DNA from: Candidatus Eiseniibacteriota bacterium
GTDB lineage: Bacteria; Eisenbacteria; RBG-16-71-46
DNA length: 64,000 nt
NCBI GenBank assembly: GCA_963744995.1
Contig: CAVUWA010000002.1
Span: forward strand, 704,001 to 768,000
Direction: 5' to 3'
Shown one piece after another: positions 44,860 through 56,600 of the stretch. Made by a program: the position numbers and the translations under genes. Below the pieces are notes generated by a model. That model searched no databases, was not told the DNA's origin, and saw nothing but the letters and a program-made list of their open reading frames with translations. Positions within the stretch are counted from its first letter, which is position 1; the number at the start of each line of letters is the position of its first letter.

Positions 44860-47304
44860 ATGAATACCGGCTCATTCCCGCGAGCCCATCGCCCCGGCGT
44901 GGCGGCCACGATCCTGGTCGTCCTGCTGGCCCTCGGCCCGCCCGACGCCCATGCCGCCAACCGCTCCTGGCTCAACGCCGTGAGTGGCTCGGCCAGCACC
45001 GCGAGCAACTGGAGTCCGGCGATCGCTCCGACCTATCTGGACACCGCGCTCCTGTATGCCAACGGGACCTACACGATCTCGTGGGCGTCCCCGCAGGACA
45101 CGCTGTTCGCGATGTACAGCTATGGCACGCCGACGCTGTCCATCAGCGGGAATCTGGGTGTCAACGGCACCTTCGATGTAGTTACCGGCGAGCTGGCTAC
45201 CGGCAGCGGCGTGATTCGCGCCGGCCAGGTCATCGTCGGCGCCGACGGCGGCACGGGGACGCTGCGCGTACAGGGCGGTCTGGCCTCGAATGGATCGGTC
45301 GTCCATGCTTCGACGAGCTCGCCGCTGATCCTCGCCAACGCCGGCTCGGTGGCGAACGGCTTCGACAGGGCCAACGTCTACCTCACGGGCGGCGGTACGC
45401 TGCTCAGCAACAGCACGATCGAAACCTCGCGATCGACGTTCACGAGCACCCACGTCTACGTGAGCGGCTCGAGGAACCTGTTCGGATCCGTCTACCGCTC
45501 GACGCTCGGCACGCTCACCGCCGCGGGCGGCGGCGGTCGCGGCGACATGGTGTTCGGGGCCGGCGGCGGTACCAGCTCGAACACCACCATCGAAGTCTTC
45601 GACGGCGGTGTCCTGGACGTGAAGGGCTCGCTCTACACGGGGCGCGGAGGAAGCGGAATCCTCCACCTCTACGAGACCGTCGCCAACACGAACCCGCGAG
45701 CCTACATCTACCAGAACGCCTTCGTCGGCAATGACCCCTCGTCCGCGAACGCCTACCCGGGGAATCTCCTCATCGACGGCGGTACGGTTCTGATCGGTGG
45801 CTTGCTTTCGATCGGTGACTCGGACCATACGTCCGGTTCGAACGGCACGGGACACGTCCGGATCACCGGAGGCAAGACCGTTCTGGGTAGCCGCATCGTG
45901 ATGTACAACACCCTCGGCGGCACGCTGGAGATGAGCGGCGGCACCCTGAGGCTCCTCTCGGGCATCTCCGAGATCCATCAGGATCCGGCGTTCAACCTCT
46001 CGAGCAGCGTCGGCTCGCCGGAGATGATCGTGAACGGCACGGCGACGGTCCGCTCGTACCCGACGTCGCCGGACCCGATCGCGCTCGGTGTCGGCCGCGG
46101 CGGCGCCGGCCTGCTGCGCGTCTGCGGCCCGAGCGCGCGAGTCGAGCTGCAGGGCGACATGGCGATCGCGGACTCGGTCGGCGGCTCGGGCATCGTGCAG
46201 GTGGATACCTCGGGCGTCGTCTCCGGCGATTTCCCGATCACGTTGGGAGCGGGCGGAACGCTGAGCGTCTCGAATGACGCGATCGTGTCGAGCGTCTCGT
46301 CGCCCATCTACTGCAGCGGCGCGATCTCGCTCGACTCGGGCTTTCTGCTGAGCGGCGACGGTTCGGTGCTCGACCCGGACGGTACGATCGCGGGCACCGG
46401 TTTCGTTCATGGCACGTGGGAGACCCACGGCAGCATCGAGCCGTCCGGCGTCATGAGTTTCGACCACGAGATCCACAACGTGGGCGGAGCCTTCTCGGGC
46501 GGCGGCACCGTCCAGATCACCGGGGCGTTCTACGCCGGCGGCACGGCGGGGATCAGTCTCGATGCGAGCGGCGCCCATCTGTATCCGCACGACTATCCGG
46601 CAGCGCTGCCGCCGGCCCCGTTCGGCGCCGCCCGGCCGGCCCTGGCCCTGCGTTCGGCGCGGCCATCGCGCGCGGCGGGGGTCCCCGATGCGCCGCTCGG
46701 CCACCTGCACCTGACCGGCGATCTCACGCTCTCGAGCCTCAGCACGACCGTCATTCGGATCGGCTCGGCGGCCTCCGGCGAGCGTGACAGCCTCGAGGCG
46801 GATGGCGCTGCGAACATCGACGGCGTGCTCGAGCTGGTCTCGATCGCCGGGAACGAGCCGGCACAGGGCGACACGATCACCGTGCTGGAAGCCGGCTCGG
46901 TGAGCGGCACGTTCGCGAGCGTCACGCTCGACGGCATGGACGCGAGCGGCGAAGTCGGGGTGCTGTACTCGGCGACGGACGTGAAGGTCGTCATTCTGCA
47001 ATCGACCGCGGTCGGCGATCCCACGCCGTCCGCCAGCCCGACCGCGTTGCGCTTCGCCGCGACGATGCACGGCGGCGCCAGCTGGCTCGTGCTGGACCTG
47101 CCTTCGGCGGCGCGCGTGCGTGTCACGGTCTACGACGTCAGCGGGCGCGAGATCGCGCGGCTCGCCGACGACACCTACCCGAGCGGGGGGCGTTTCGAGT
47201 TTCCGATGCCGAGCGTCGCGAGCGGCATGTACTTCGCCCGCGCGCGCATCGATGCGGGAACCGGGCGGATCGAGAAGACGGCGCGGGTGTCGCTGCTGCG
47301 CTGA
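44860..47304 (+). CDS. Secreted Gly/Ser/Thr-rich beta-helix (passenger-like) protein with C-terminal sorting domain
   Basis: Signal peptide, repeated G.G.L.V..GG units, and terminal VYDVSGREIARL...GMYFAR...VSLLR. Confidence 0.75.
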   Translation: MNTGSFPRAHRPGVAATILVVLLALGPPDAHAANRSWLNAVSGSASTASNWSPAIAPTYLDTALLYANGTYTISWASPQDTLFAMYSYGTPTLSISGNLGVNGTFDVVTGELATGSGVIRAGQVIVGADGGTGTLRVQGGLASNGSVVHASTSSPLILANAGSVANGFDRANVYLTGGGTLLSNSTIETSRSTFTSTHVYVSGSRNLFGSVYRSTLGTLTAAGGGGRGDMVFGAGGGTSSNTTIEVFDGGVLDVKGSLYTGRGGSGILHLYETVANTNPRAYIYQNAFVGNDPSSANAYPGNLLIDGGTVLIGGLLSIGDSDHTSGSNGTGHVRITGGKTVLGSRIVMYNTLGGTLEMSGGTLRLLSGISEIHQDPAFNLSSSVGSPEMIVNGTATVRSYPTSPDPIALGVGRGGAGLLRVCGPSARVELQGDMAIADSVGGSGIVQVDTSGVVSGDFPITLGAGGTLSVSNDAIVSSVSSPIYCSGAISLDSGFLLSGDGSVLDPDGTIAGTGFVHGTWETHGSIEPSGVMSFDHEIHNVGGAFSGGGTVQITGAFYAGGTAGISLDASGAHLYPHDYPAALPPAPFGAARPALALRSARPSRAAGVPDAPLGHLHLTGDLTLSSLSTTVIRIGSAASGERDSLEADGAANIDGVLELVSIAGNEPAQGDTITVLEAGSVSGTFASVTLDGMDASGEVGVLYSATDVKVVILQSTAVGDPTPSASPTALRFAATMHGGASWLVLDLPSAARVRVTVYDVSGREIARLADDTYPSGGRFEFPMPSVASGMYFARARIDAGTGRIEKTARVSLLR

Positions 47305-47459
47305 CAAGCGCAGGCACGTGTGGCCGAGCAGGAGCGGCCCGCCGGGGCAATCCGGCGGACCGCCCTGCGTGCAGGCTCGCCGGCGCCCGAGGCGCGCAGG
47401 CGGGTCGTGCCGCACCGCCAAACGCAGCAGGCCGCGGCCGCCCTGACACCATCGTCCCA

Positions 47460-47487
47460 TTGTCCTCCGATTTCCTGCTGCTAGCGT
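47460..47487 (+). promoter_or_regulatory. Putative sigma70 promoter
   Basis: TTGTCC-16 nt-TAGCGT with extended -10 TG. Confidence 0.45.
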
Positions 47488-47578
47488 CGGGGACAGGCGC
47501 ACGTCCGCCCGGCCGGCGAAGCCGGGTGTTCGAGCCCGTGCGGCGGTGGCTCCCCGCCGGCGCAGGGAGGGAGACGCC

Positions 47579-48481
47579 ATGCCATCCGACGACGCGCCGG
47601 CCGCGTCCCGCCGGGGCCGCGCACTCGCGCTGCTCGTGGTTCCACCGCTTCTCGTGTGGCTGGCAAGCCGCACGGGCGTCGTGGCCTATCGCGTCATGCG
47701 GGCCGTGGGAGAGGAAGCGCGCCAGGGGCCGGCGCAGTGGTGGATGGCGGGCGGTCCCGAGCCGGCCGCGCGCGTCGTGCAGCAGCTGGTCTCCGCGGCG
47801 GTGCTGGTCGCACTCGTTCTGGTGGTTGCACGCCTGATCCGTCACCCGGCCGGAATGGGACTCGGGCTCTGCCGCGGGCGCGTTTCACCCGGGGTTTGGG
47901 GCATGCTGGCGATCGGCTCGTTCGCCGCGTTCCTTGCGGCAGCGCTTCTGGTCGGTCTGCTGACGCGGCTGCTCGGCATCCCCGAAGAGTCCGGGGTCAT
48001 CAGTCACTACTTCAATCTGGTGGCCGGCGCACCAGCGGCCGTGGCGGTCGTGATGATCGCGGCAGTGGCGCTCGGCGCGGGGATCTCCGAAGAGCTGCTG
48101 GTGCGCGGCTGGCTGCAAAGCCGGCTCCTCAGGCAATGGCGGCCCGGCGTCGCCATCGCCCTGGCCGCGCTCGACTTCGGGATCATGCACGGCCACCCGG
48201 CGAGCATGCTGTATGCGTTTCCCCTCGGCCTCTGGCTGGGATACATCGCATGGCGTGCCGGGAGCATCGTGCCGGCGATGCTGTGCCACGCGGCGATCGA
48301 TGCCGCGCCGCTCACGGCCGTGCGCATGGGCGTGGACCTCGACTTCGAGACGACCCCCGCGCACGAGTGGTGGATCACCGGACTGATCCTCGCCGTGTGC
48401 GCGGCGATGGCGGTGGTGGGCGTGCGGAAGCTCGAGCGCGCGGCCCGCGGGGCCGCCGGCACCGCGATCGCGACATCGTGA
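47579..48481 (+). CDS. CPBP (Abi/CAAX) family intramembrane metalloprotease
   Basis: EELLVRG, FGIMH and HAAID motifs. Confidence 0.88.
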   Translation: MPSDDAPAASRRGRALALLVVPPLLVWLASRTGVVAYRVMRAVGEEARQGPAQWWMAGGPEPAARVVQQLVSAAVLVALVLVVARLIRHPAGMGLGLCRGRVSPGVWGMLAIGSFAAFLAAALLVGLLTRLLGIPEESGVISHYFNLVAGAPAAVAVVMIAAVALGAGISEELLVRGWLQSRLLRQWRPGVAIALAALDFGIMHGHPASMLYAFPLGLWLGYIAWRAGSIVPAMLCHAAIDAAPLTAVRMGVDLDFETTPAHEWWITGLILAVCAAMAVVGVRKLERAARGAAGTAIATS

Positions 48482-48527
48482 TCGACTCGGCGTCCCACAT
48501 GCGGCGCCGGGGCGCGGAATCGCTGCG

Positions 48528-49811
48528 CTACGCCGGCACCTCGAGCTCCAGATCCCGCACGTCCATCGGCTCGCCCCTGGACACCACCACCGCTGCGGCC
48601 AGGTCGCCCGTCACGTTGAGCGTCGTGCGGCACATGTCGAGGAAGCGGTCGACGCCGAGGATCATGCCGATGCCCTCGGCCGGGACGCCGACCAGACCGA
48701 GGATCATGATCACCACGGGGATCGATCCCGCCGGGACGCCCGCGGTGCCGATACCGCCGAGAATACAGATGAACACGACCGTGAACTGCTGCGTGAGGGC
48801 GAGGTCCACGCCGTAGAACTGGGCGAGGAACAGCACCGTGACACCCTCGAACAGCGCGGTGCCGTTCTGGTTCGCGGTGGCGCCGAGCGTGAGCACGAAA
48901 CGGCTCACATGGCGCGGCAGCTTGAGGTTCTCCTCGGCCACGAGCAGCGCGGTCGGCAGCGTGGCGTTGCTCGACGCGGTCGAGAACGCGGTGAGCATCG
49001 CCGGGCGCACGCCGCTGAAGAAGCGCGCCGGGCTCATGCCGCCGAGCCACGACACGCTCAGCGAGTAGACGACGAACTGCTGGATCAGCAGCGCCAGCAG
49101 CACGACGCCCACGTAGGCCCCGAGCTGGAACAGGATGTCGTAGCCGAGCCGCGCGGTGAGCGTGAAGATCAGGCAGAACACGCCGATCGGCGCAACATGA
49201 ATCACCATGTCGAGCAGCTTCATGACGACTTCGTAGAGCCCTTCGAGCGCCGCCTCGAAGCGCCGCGCCGGCTCGGTGCGGGTGAGGGCGAGGCCGATAC
49301 CGAGGAACAGCGCGAACACCATCACCGCGAGCATGTCGCCGTTCGCCATGGCCTCGACCGGGTTGCGCGGCACCAGGTTCACGAGGAAGTCCACCGGCGA
49401 GCCGGTGTTCGCCGCCGGCGCCGGCGGCGGCGCCGCGCTGCTCTGCAGCTCGAGTCGCGCACGCAGATCGGGGCTGATGCCGCGTCCCGGCTGCAGCAGG
49501 TTCACGAGCCCGACGCCGAGCATCACCGCGATCGTCGAGACGACGACCGTGTACGCGAACGTCTTGAGGCCGATCCGCCCCAGCCGCCGCACGTCGCCGA
49601 GCCCCGCCACGCCGAGCGCGAGCGCCGACACGATGAGCGGGATCACCAGCATGAACAGCAGCCGCAGAAAGATCTTTCCGGCGGGCTCGGTGACGTTCTG
49701 CACGACGCCGTCGAGGAACGACGAGCCGCCGATCGTGAGATTCGCGAGGACGCCCAGCACGAGCCCCGCGACGAGGCCGATGAGCATGCGGATCGAGAGC
49801 TTGTGCGACAT
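48528..49811 (-). CDS. Dicarboxylate/amino acid:cation symporter (GltP/DctA family)
   Basis: FSTASSNATLP, GATANQNGTA, GTAGVP and DRFLDMCRTTLNVTGD. Start MSHKL at 49811. Confidence 0.95.
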   Translation of the reverse strand: MSHKLSIRMLIGLVAGLVLGVLANLTIGGSSFLDGVVQNVTEPAGKIFLRLLFMLVIPLIVSALALGVAGLGDVRRLGRIGLKTFAYTVVVSTIAVMLGVGLVNLLQPGRGISPDLRARLELQSSAAPPPAPAANTGSPVDFLVNLVPRNPVEAMANGDMLAVMVFALFLGIGLALTRTEPARRFEAALEGLYEVVMKLLDMVIHVAPIGVFCLIFTLTARLGYDILFQLGAYVGVVLLALLIQQFVVYSLSVSWLGGMSPARFFSGVRPAMLTAFSTASSNATLPTALLVAEENLKLPRHVSRFVLTLGATANQNGTALFEGVTVLFLAQFYGVDLALTQQFTVVFICILGGIGTAGVPAGSIPVVIMILGLVGVPAEGIGMILGVDRFLDMCRTTLNVTGDLAAAVVVSRGEPMDVRDLELEVPA

Positions 49812-49991
49812 GGCGGCGGAGTATGCAAAGCGAGCGGGGAGATGGCAACGGGGAAGCGCCTGGCAGCGGCGAGCGCTGCTCTGCGGAGCTTCGTCGAGCG
49901 CCGCCGCCGCTTGACCCACGGCGCCCCCGCGCGGCATGTTCGCGGCTGCGCGCGTCCGGCTCCGGGGCGGCGCATCGTCGAGCGAGGATCC

Positions 49992-51590
49992 ATGCCCCCA
50001 GACGCACCGATCGACGCGCCGCCGATCGCACGAAACGCAGACACCGCACGCGGCATGCATCGCGCTGCAGCCGTGCTCACGCTCGCGGCGCTGCTCGTCT
50101 GCGCTCCCGCTGCACGGGGCCAGATCCTGCTTCCGGACGGCTTCAACGACCAGCTCGTGCTGGCCGGCCTGAGCGCCCCGGTCGGCATGGCCTGGCTTCC
50201 GGACGGCCGCATGTTCGTGATCGAGCAGAAGACGGCGAAGATCCGCCTGCTCGTGAACGGCGCGCTCGCGCCGACGGACCCGGTGGCCACGGTCGACAAC
50301 GTGCGCACGAGCGGCAGCGAGCAGGGGCTGCTCGGCATCGCGGTCGACCCGGGCTGGCCGGCCCGGCCCTACATCTATGTCCACTGCGACAACCAGGGCA
50401 CCTCGACGATCCGCGTTTCGCGCTACACGGTGACGGGGGACCTCAGTGGCGTGGGCAACGGCGCGCTGGCGATCGACGTGGCGTCGCGTTACGACCTGAT
50501 CGACGACATTCCGGATCAGGCACCCAACCACAACGGCGGCACGCTGCGCTTCGGCAACGACGGGTTCCTGTACGGCAGCTTCGGCGACGACGCTTCGGGC
50601 TGCCCGGCGCAGACGCCGGGGCTGCGCGGCGTGATCCTGCGGATGGACGTCTCGCGCCTGCCGGCGGGGCCGGGTGGCCCGGCGCCGCGCGCGCTGATCA
50701 TCCCGCCCGGAAACCCGTTCCCGGCTGCGCCGGATTCCAACGCGCGACTGGTGTGGGCGTATGGCCTGCGCAATCCGTTCCGCTTCGCGGTGGACGCCGC
50801 CAGCGGGAATCTGTGGATCGGCGACGTCGGCGAGAACCGGCGCGAGGAGGTCGACTATCAGACCGCCGGTGGAATGAACTTCGGCTGGCCGCGCTACGAA
50901 GGCACGCTCGACTGGGATCTCAACTGCGCGGCGCAGAACCCCGTCTTTCCGATCGACGAATACACGCACGACGAGGGCGCGGCAGTGATCGGCGGGTTCG
51001 TCTACCGGCGCCCCGCGGGTGCGGGCGATCAGGCGTTCCCGCCGTCCTACGAGGGCGACGGCTTCTACAACGACTATTACACGGGCTACGTGTGGCGGTT
51101 GAAGGGCTCCGGCGCCGCGTGGCAGCGGCCCGCCGCGGTGCCCGGACAGCCGACAGCGAATCACTGGGCCGAGGGCTTCACCGGGGTGAGTGACTGGCTG
51201 ATCGGCCCCGCGGGCCGGGTCTGGTATTGCCGGCAGGGAACGGGACAGATCCGCCGGATCGTCGCCGTGGCGGGCAACGACACGACGCCCCCCGATACGA
51301 TCGCGGCCGCCGCGGTTTCGTTCGAGCGGCCATTCCCGGTGCCGGCGATCGGCGAGGTCAACCTGCGCTACACGTTGTCGCGCGCCGCGGCGGTGTCGCT
51401 CGTGATCTACGACTTCCGCGGCGCGCGGGTGCGCACGCTCGTCGACGGGCGAGTGCAGGACGCCTCCACCTACGACGTGCTGTGGCGCGGCATCGACGAG
51501 TCCGATCGCGAGGTGCCGCCCGGCATCTATTTCGCGCGCCTGGTCGCCGGCGGTCGTGACGTGGCGCGGCGCATTCCGCTCATCCGCTGA
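49992..51590 (+). CDS. PQQ-dependent sugar (glucose/sorbosone) dehydrogenase family protein with FlgD-Ig domain
   Basis: EQGLLGIA, NHNGG.L.FG.DG.LY, YGLRNPFRF, GDVG...EEV and NFGWP motifs. Start may be 50055. Confidence 0.88.
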   Translation: MPPDAPIDAPPIARNADTARGMHRAAAVLTLAALLVCAPAARGQILLPDGFNDQLVLAGLSAPVGMAWLPDGRMFVIEQKTAKIRLLVNGALAPTDPVATVDNVRTSGSEQGLLGIAVDPGWPARPYIYVHCDNQGTSTIRVSRYTVTGDLSGVGNGALAIDVASRYDLIDDIPDQAPNHNGGTLRFGNDGFLYGSFGDDASGCPAQTPGLRGVILRMDVSRLPAGPGGPAPRALIIPPGNPFPAAPDSNARLVWAYGLRNPFRFAVDAASGNLWIGDVGENRREEVDYQTAGGMNFGWPRYEGTLDWDLNCAAQNPVFPIDEYTHDEGAAVIGGFVYRRPAGAGDQAFPPSYEGDGFYNDYYTGYVWRLKGSGAAWQRPAAVPGQPTANHWAEGFTGVSDWLIGPAGRVWYCRQGTGQIRRIVAVAGNDTTPPDTIAAAAVSFERPFPVPAIGEVNLRYTLSRAAAVSLVIYDFRGARVRTLVDGRVQDASTYDVLWRGIDESDREVPPGIYFARLVAGGRDVARRIPLIR

Positions 51591-51591
51591 C

Positions 51592-53691
51592 ATGAACGGC
51601 CGCCGCGGCATCGCCGTCGCGCTCGTCGCCTTTGGAGCGCTCGCCGGAGCGACCGGCTTCACGCCGGCGTTCGACCGACGGCTGCCGCGCATCGTGTTCG
51701 TCGCGCGCTTTCCGCTCGCGGACGGTCGCATCGCCGGCATCGGGCCCGCGGCCCGCGTGGCCGCGCCGGGCGGCGAGCTGCGGGTGCGCGAGCACAGCGG
51801 CCGCGTCCACGCGCTGCTGCCTGAGGGCGTCCTCTACGACGTGGCGGATCCGAGCGTGTCGTGGGACGGCACGCGCATCGCATTCGCCGCCACCGTGCAC
51901 CCGGACAGCGCGTGGCGAATCTGGACCGTCGGCGCCGACGGGCAGGGTCTGCGGCGGGTGACCGCGGATCCGGCGCCGGAGGAACGCGCGGGCGCCGAGC
52001 CGCACGGCGCCGCGAAGGACGGCGCCGCCGCGCCGCGTGCCGACGACTTCGATCCGTGCTGGCTGCCGGACGGGCGCATCTGTTTCGCGAGCACGCGGCT
52101 CATGATGACGTCCCAGCAGGCCGGCTATCCGGTGAGCAACCTGTTCGTGATCGGCGCCGACGGCGAAGGTCTCTTCCGTCTCACCTCCGAGCGCAACGGC
52201 GCCGAGGCACCGTCGGTGGATCCGCGCGACGGCCGCATCGTCTACGCGCGGTGGTGGTTCAATCGCTATCTGCCGATGAACGGCGCCGGTGCGGACGACC
52301 TGCCGCCCGGCATCACCCTCGATCGCGCGCAGGCGGTGCGGGCGGACACGGTTGATCTCTGGCACGCGGTCTCGATTCGCACCGACGGCGACGGCATCCG
52401 CCTCGCGGGCGGCGATCCGCGCGAGCGCAGCGGGCAGATGGCGTACGCGCCGCTGGTGCGGAAGGACGGCACGCTGATCGGCGTGCAGGCGGACGACCGC
52501 TCGCTCACGGGGTCCCCGGGGGCGCTGCGCATCGTCGAGTTTCGGGGCGGCTTCGCCGAGCGGCGCGTACTGGGGAACGTTTCCGCGTTCGCGCCCGCAC
52601 TGCTGCCGGACGGGCGGCTGCTGTGCGCGCTCGAATCGGGCGGCGCGGGGCATTTCGCGCTCGGCGTGATGGATCCGGCCCATCCCGCGCACGCCCACGT
52701 GATCGCCGACGTCGCGGGACGCGTCGTTTCGGGGTGCGCTCCTCTGGCGCCGCGCCCGCGTCCGCCCGCGATGCGGCCCGGCATGGTGGACCCGCCGGGG
52801 CCGCGGCCGCTCACCCGCGTCGACCAGCTCTTCGACCACGTGCACACGTTCCGCTTCGACTGTCTCAACGTATTCGCCACGGGGCCGGTGGACTCGCGCT
52901 TCCCGGACGCGCCGCCGCTCACGAAGGACGTACGCATCCGCTTCTTCGCGACGTTGTCGCGCCCCGCGGCCGCGGGCGGCGACACGCTGGTGCTGGTGCG
53001 CGAGGCGCCGGTGTCGCCGACCGGCGGCGTGCATCAGGACGACATGCCGGCCGACGTGCCGATGTTCGAGCAGCTCGTGGACCGGGACGGCAACGTGTTG
53101 CGTTCTGCAATGGGGCCCGCCCACGTCCCCGGCCTCAATTTTGCGAGATTGGGAAGCGGCACCAGGTGCATCGGCTGCCATGCCGGACACTCGGCGCTCG
53201 AGGTGCCGCTCAACTACTCCAGCGCGACCTGGGTCAACGCCTCCCCATCGGCGCGGGTCACCGCGTCGAGCCGGGCTGCAGGCACGGCCGGGCCGCGCGC
53301 CGCCGTCGACCGTTTGACGCGGGGTGTGGCGGGGCGGACCGCGTGGATCGCGGCCTCGAATCGCGATGAATGGCTGCGGCTCGAATGGGAGACACCGATT
53401 GAAGTCCGCTCCGTCGTGCTCTACGCTTTACGTCTCAATCGCGCGCAGGGCACGGATGTGCGCATCGATCGCACCGAAATCCGCCTGCTCAGGGATGGGC
53501 GACCGGTGGCGTCCGTCGTTCACGATGGCCGTCTCGCGGCCAGCGGAACACGCGTGGAATTCGAGCCGCGCGTGATCGACGCGCTCGAAGTGCGACCGCT
53601 GCGCGTGAGCGGCGAAGTGCTCGGCCACCGTGCCGCCGCGCTTGCCGAAATCGAGACGGACGCCCGTCTGGCCTATGACACGACACCCTGA
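51592..53691 (+). CDS. TolB-like repeat + HzsA (hydrazine synthase alpha) middle-domain-like c-type cytochrome + discoidin-like domain
   Basis: DPSVSWDG.RI.F and DPCWLPDGRI.F.STR repeats; PADVP.FEQLVD..G followed by CIGCH; C-terminal EWLRLEW...LAEIE. Confidence 0.7.
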   Translation: MNGRRGIAVALVAFGALAGATGFTPAFDRRLPRIVFVARFPLADGRIAGIGPAARVAAPGGELRVREHSGRVHALLPEGVLYDVADPSVSWDGTRIAFAATVHPDSAWRIWTVGADGQGLRRVTADPAPEERAGAEPHGAAKDGAAAPRADDFDPCWLPDGRICFASTRLMMTSQQAGYPVSNLFVIGADGEGLFRLTSERNGAEAPSVDPRDGRIVYARWWFNRYLPMNGAGADDLPPGITLDRAQAVRADTVDLWHAVSIRTDGDGIRLAGGDPRERSGQMAYAPLVRKDGTLIGVQADDRSLTGSPGALRIVEFRGGFAERRVLGNVSAFAPALLPDGRLLCALESGGAGHFALGVMDPAHPAHAHVIADVAGRVVSGCAPLAPRPRPPAMRPGMVDPPGPRPLTRVDQLFDHVHTFRFDCLNVFATGPVDSRFPDAPPLTKDVRIRFFATLSRPAAAGGDTLVLVREAPVSPTGGVHQDDMPADVPMFEQLVDRDGNVLRSAMGPAHVPGLNFARLGSGTRCIGCHAGHSALEVPLNYSSATWVNASPSARVTASSRAAGTAGPRAAVDRLTRGVAGRTAWIAASNRDEWLRLEWETPIEVRSVVLYALRLNRAQGTDVRIDRTEIRLLRDGRPVASVVHDGRLAASGTRVEFEPRVIDALEVRPLRVSGEVLGHRAAALAEIETDARLAYDTTP

Positions 53692-53698
53692 GGAACGC

Positions 53699-56600
53699 AT
53701 GCGGCGCTGGACGGTTCACCTCTTCACGACCTGCGCAATGCTCGCGTGCGCGGCGACCGCCGCGTGCGCCGGCGCCAACGGCGTCTTCTCGCCGGACGGC
53801 ACCGACGTGTGGGCCGTGGGCGATGGCGGCCAGGTGTTCCGCTCGCTCGACGGCGGCCAGTCGTTCTTCAACGCGAGCCTCGGCGACAAGGCCCTGAACG
53901 GCGTCGCCGCGCGCGGTTTCACGGCGCTGGTGGTAGGCGACAGCGGCAAGGTCTGGCGCAGCACGAACTCGGGCGGCAGCTGGACGCTCGAGGTGCCGTC
54001 CGGAACGGGCGCTCTGCGCGCGGTGGCAATGGCTTCGGACACGGTGGCGTACGCCGCCGGCGACGGCGGCCGCATCCTCAAGTCCGTGAACGGCGGCGCG
54101 AGCTGGTCGATGCAGACCTCCGGAACGTCCGAACGCCTGCGTGCGCTCGCGTTCTCGAGCGAGGAGGACGGCTGGGCCGCGGGCGACGCCGGCACGGTGC
54201 TGCATACCGTCGACGGCGGCACGAGCTGGGATCCGGTGGACGCCGGCACCACCGAGGACCTGTTCGACGTCGACGTGTCCGGGGCGAGCGTCTGGGTCGT
54301 CGGCCGGCTCGGCACGGCGCGCGCGAGCACCGACGGCGGCGCGAGCTTCAGCCCGGTGAACCTGCGCCTCGACGCGAAGAGCGACGTGCGCGCCGTGTGC
54401 CTGGTGTCGCCCGACTCGGTGGTGCTCGGCGGCGGCGGCGGTTTCGTGCGGGTGAGCGACGACGGCGGAGCGACGTGGACGTTTCCCGTGCACCGGCTGT
54501 ACGGCTCGGTGGGCGGGATCGCGTTCGCGGGCGGCCACGGTTTCGTCGCCGACGGTGACACGATGACGGTGATCCACTCCAGCGACGGCGGCGCGACGTG
54601 GGCATTGCCCGCCGGGACGGCGGTCGGGCAGGAGTGGGTATTCAAGTTCGACGTCGGCGGTACGAACAGCAAGCGCGGAAACACGTTCGCCCTCAACTGG
54701 CAGGACCCGCGCACGCTGTACTGCATGCTGCAGGACCGCGTCTACGTGAGCCGCGACCTCGGCGAGACGTGGACCCAGACCGGCAACCCGGTGAGCAGCT
54801 CGCTGCTGGTGAACGCGTTCATCGTCTCGCCGAAGGACAGCAACCTCTGGGTGGCGGCCGTCACCAATCCGGACCGCATCGTGCGCACCACCAACGGCGG
54901 GCAGAGCTGGAGCACCCGGCTCAGCAAGGCGTTCGGCGAGTACGGCATTCCGGTCGAGATGGACCCCGACCATCCGGACACCCTGTTCTTCGGGCCCGAC
55001 AACGACGTGCTCTACCGCTCGACCGACTTCGGCCAGAACTGGGCGCCGTACTCGAACACCTCGTTCCGCAGCCCGTGCGACGTGGTGGTGGTGCCGGAGA
55101 GCGACAGCGCGGCGATCTACGTCGGCGACGGCGTCACCGGCAGCGGCAACGGCGAGCTGTGGCGCGCCACCGACGGCTCGCTCGACTTCAACCTCCAGAA
55201 CGTCGCCAGCGGCAGCGCCTCCGAAATCCCGACGATCTCGGTCAGCCGGCTCGAGCCGCGCCGCGCGTTCATGACCTCGTGGTCGGCGCCCACGGCGAAC
55301 GTGACGACGGACGAAGGACTCACCTGGAGCCCCATTCCGGGGTTGTCGTCGGTCACCAGCACCTGGGGCACCGACATCGCCCGTGACGATCCCAACGTGG
55401 TCATGATCAACCGCTACTCGGGCTCGGTCATCTACCTGTCGCACGACGGTGGCGCGAACTGGGACGGCATCGTCAAGAGCGGCGCCAACTACGCCGTGTT
55501 CATGCGCGACCGCGGGCAGATCTTCGAGCTGCAGAGCACCGGCATCTTCAAGCTGAAGACGAAGTACACCTACACGCCGGACGGCACGCAGTCGCTGGCA
55601 CTCGCGACCCCCAACGGCGGCGAGGTCTGGGACGCCGGCAGCACGCAGGCGATCGAGTGGAGCGCCGCGAACGTGGCCCAGGCGGTGATCGAATACCGGC
55701 GTTCGAGCGCTGACCCCTGGCTGCCGGTGGCGACGGTCCCCGGCTACCTCGGCAGTTATGCCTGGACCGTGCCCTACGATCCGACCACGACCGCCGAGGT
55801 GCGCGTACGCGACGGCTGGGACGGCACGCCCGCCGACGTGTCGGCGGCGCCGTTCACGATCGCGGCGCCGCTGATCGCGGCGAGCCCCGACCCGCTCGAT
55901 TTCGGCGCCGTGCCCAAGGGCGCCGAGGGCGTCCAGGTGCTGACGATCGACAATGCGGGCACGGCGACGCTGGACGTCACGTCGGCGAGCGTGGCGACGC
56001 CGTCCTTCACCCCGGCGCGGACTTCGTTCTCGGTGCCGGCCGGGGGCTCGGACACGCTGGCGGTGCTGTTCGATCCGTTGTCCGCCGCGGCGTACGACGA
56101 CACGCTCGAACTCGCGAGCAACGCCGCCGGCTCGCCGCTGCGGGTCGCGCTCACCGGCGCGGGCGTGGACACGCTCATGCTGGCGCTCACCGCTCCCGAC
56201 GGCGGCGAGGTCTGGAATTACGGCACCGTGCACCGCATTCAGTGGCAGAGCGCGCTCGTGGATTCGGTGAAGCTCGAGTACCGGACCGGCGGCGGCATGA
56301 CGTGGCAGCCGATCGCGGCGAGCGTCCCCGCGGATTCCGCCGGGTACTGGTGGGTGATCCCCGACGCTCCGACGTCGCTGGCGTCGGTGCGCGTGAGCCA
56401 GATCGGCGGCTCGCGCGCCGACTCCAGCGCGGCGCCGTTCGAGATCGCCGTGCCGCGGCTCCAGGCGATGCCGCTGGTCGCGGACCTGGGCCCGGTCACC
56501 GTCGGCCAGAGCCTGCCGTTCAAGATCGCGCTCGACAACGTCGGCACCGCGACGCTCGAGTTGACCTCGATCATCAGCGATGACGCCGACTTCGTGCCGG

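Noticed and set aside
48528..51740. 1070-aa symporter fusion suggested by the ORF track
   Set aside because: The upstream part is antisense to the PQQ-dehydrogenase gene. The symporter starts at 49811.
51592..53691. Anammox hydrazine synthase
   Set aside because: Only one CxxCH, no hzsB/hzsC neighbours and a different domain layout.
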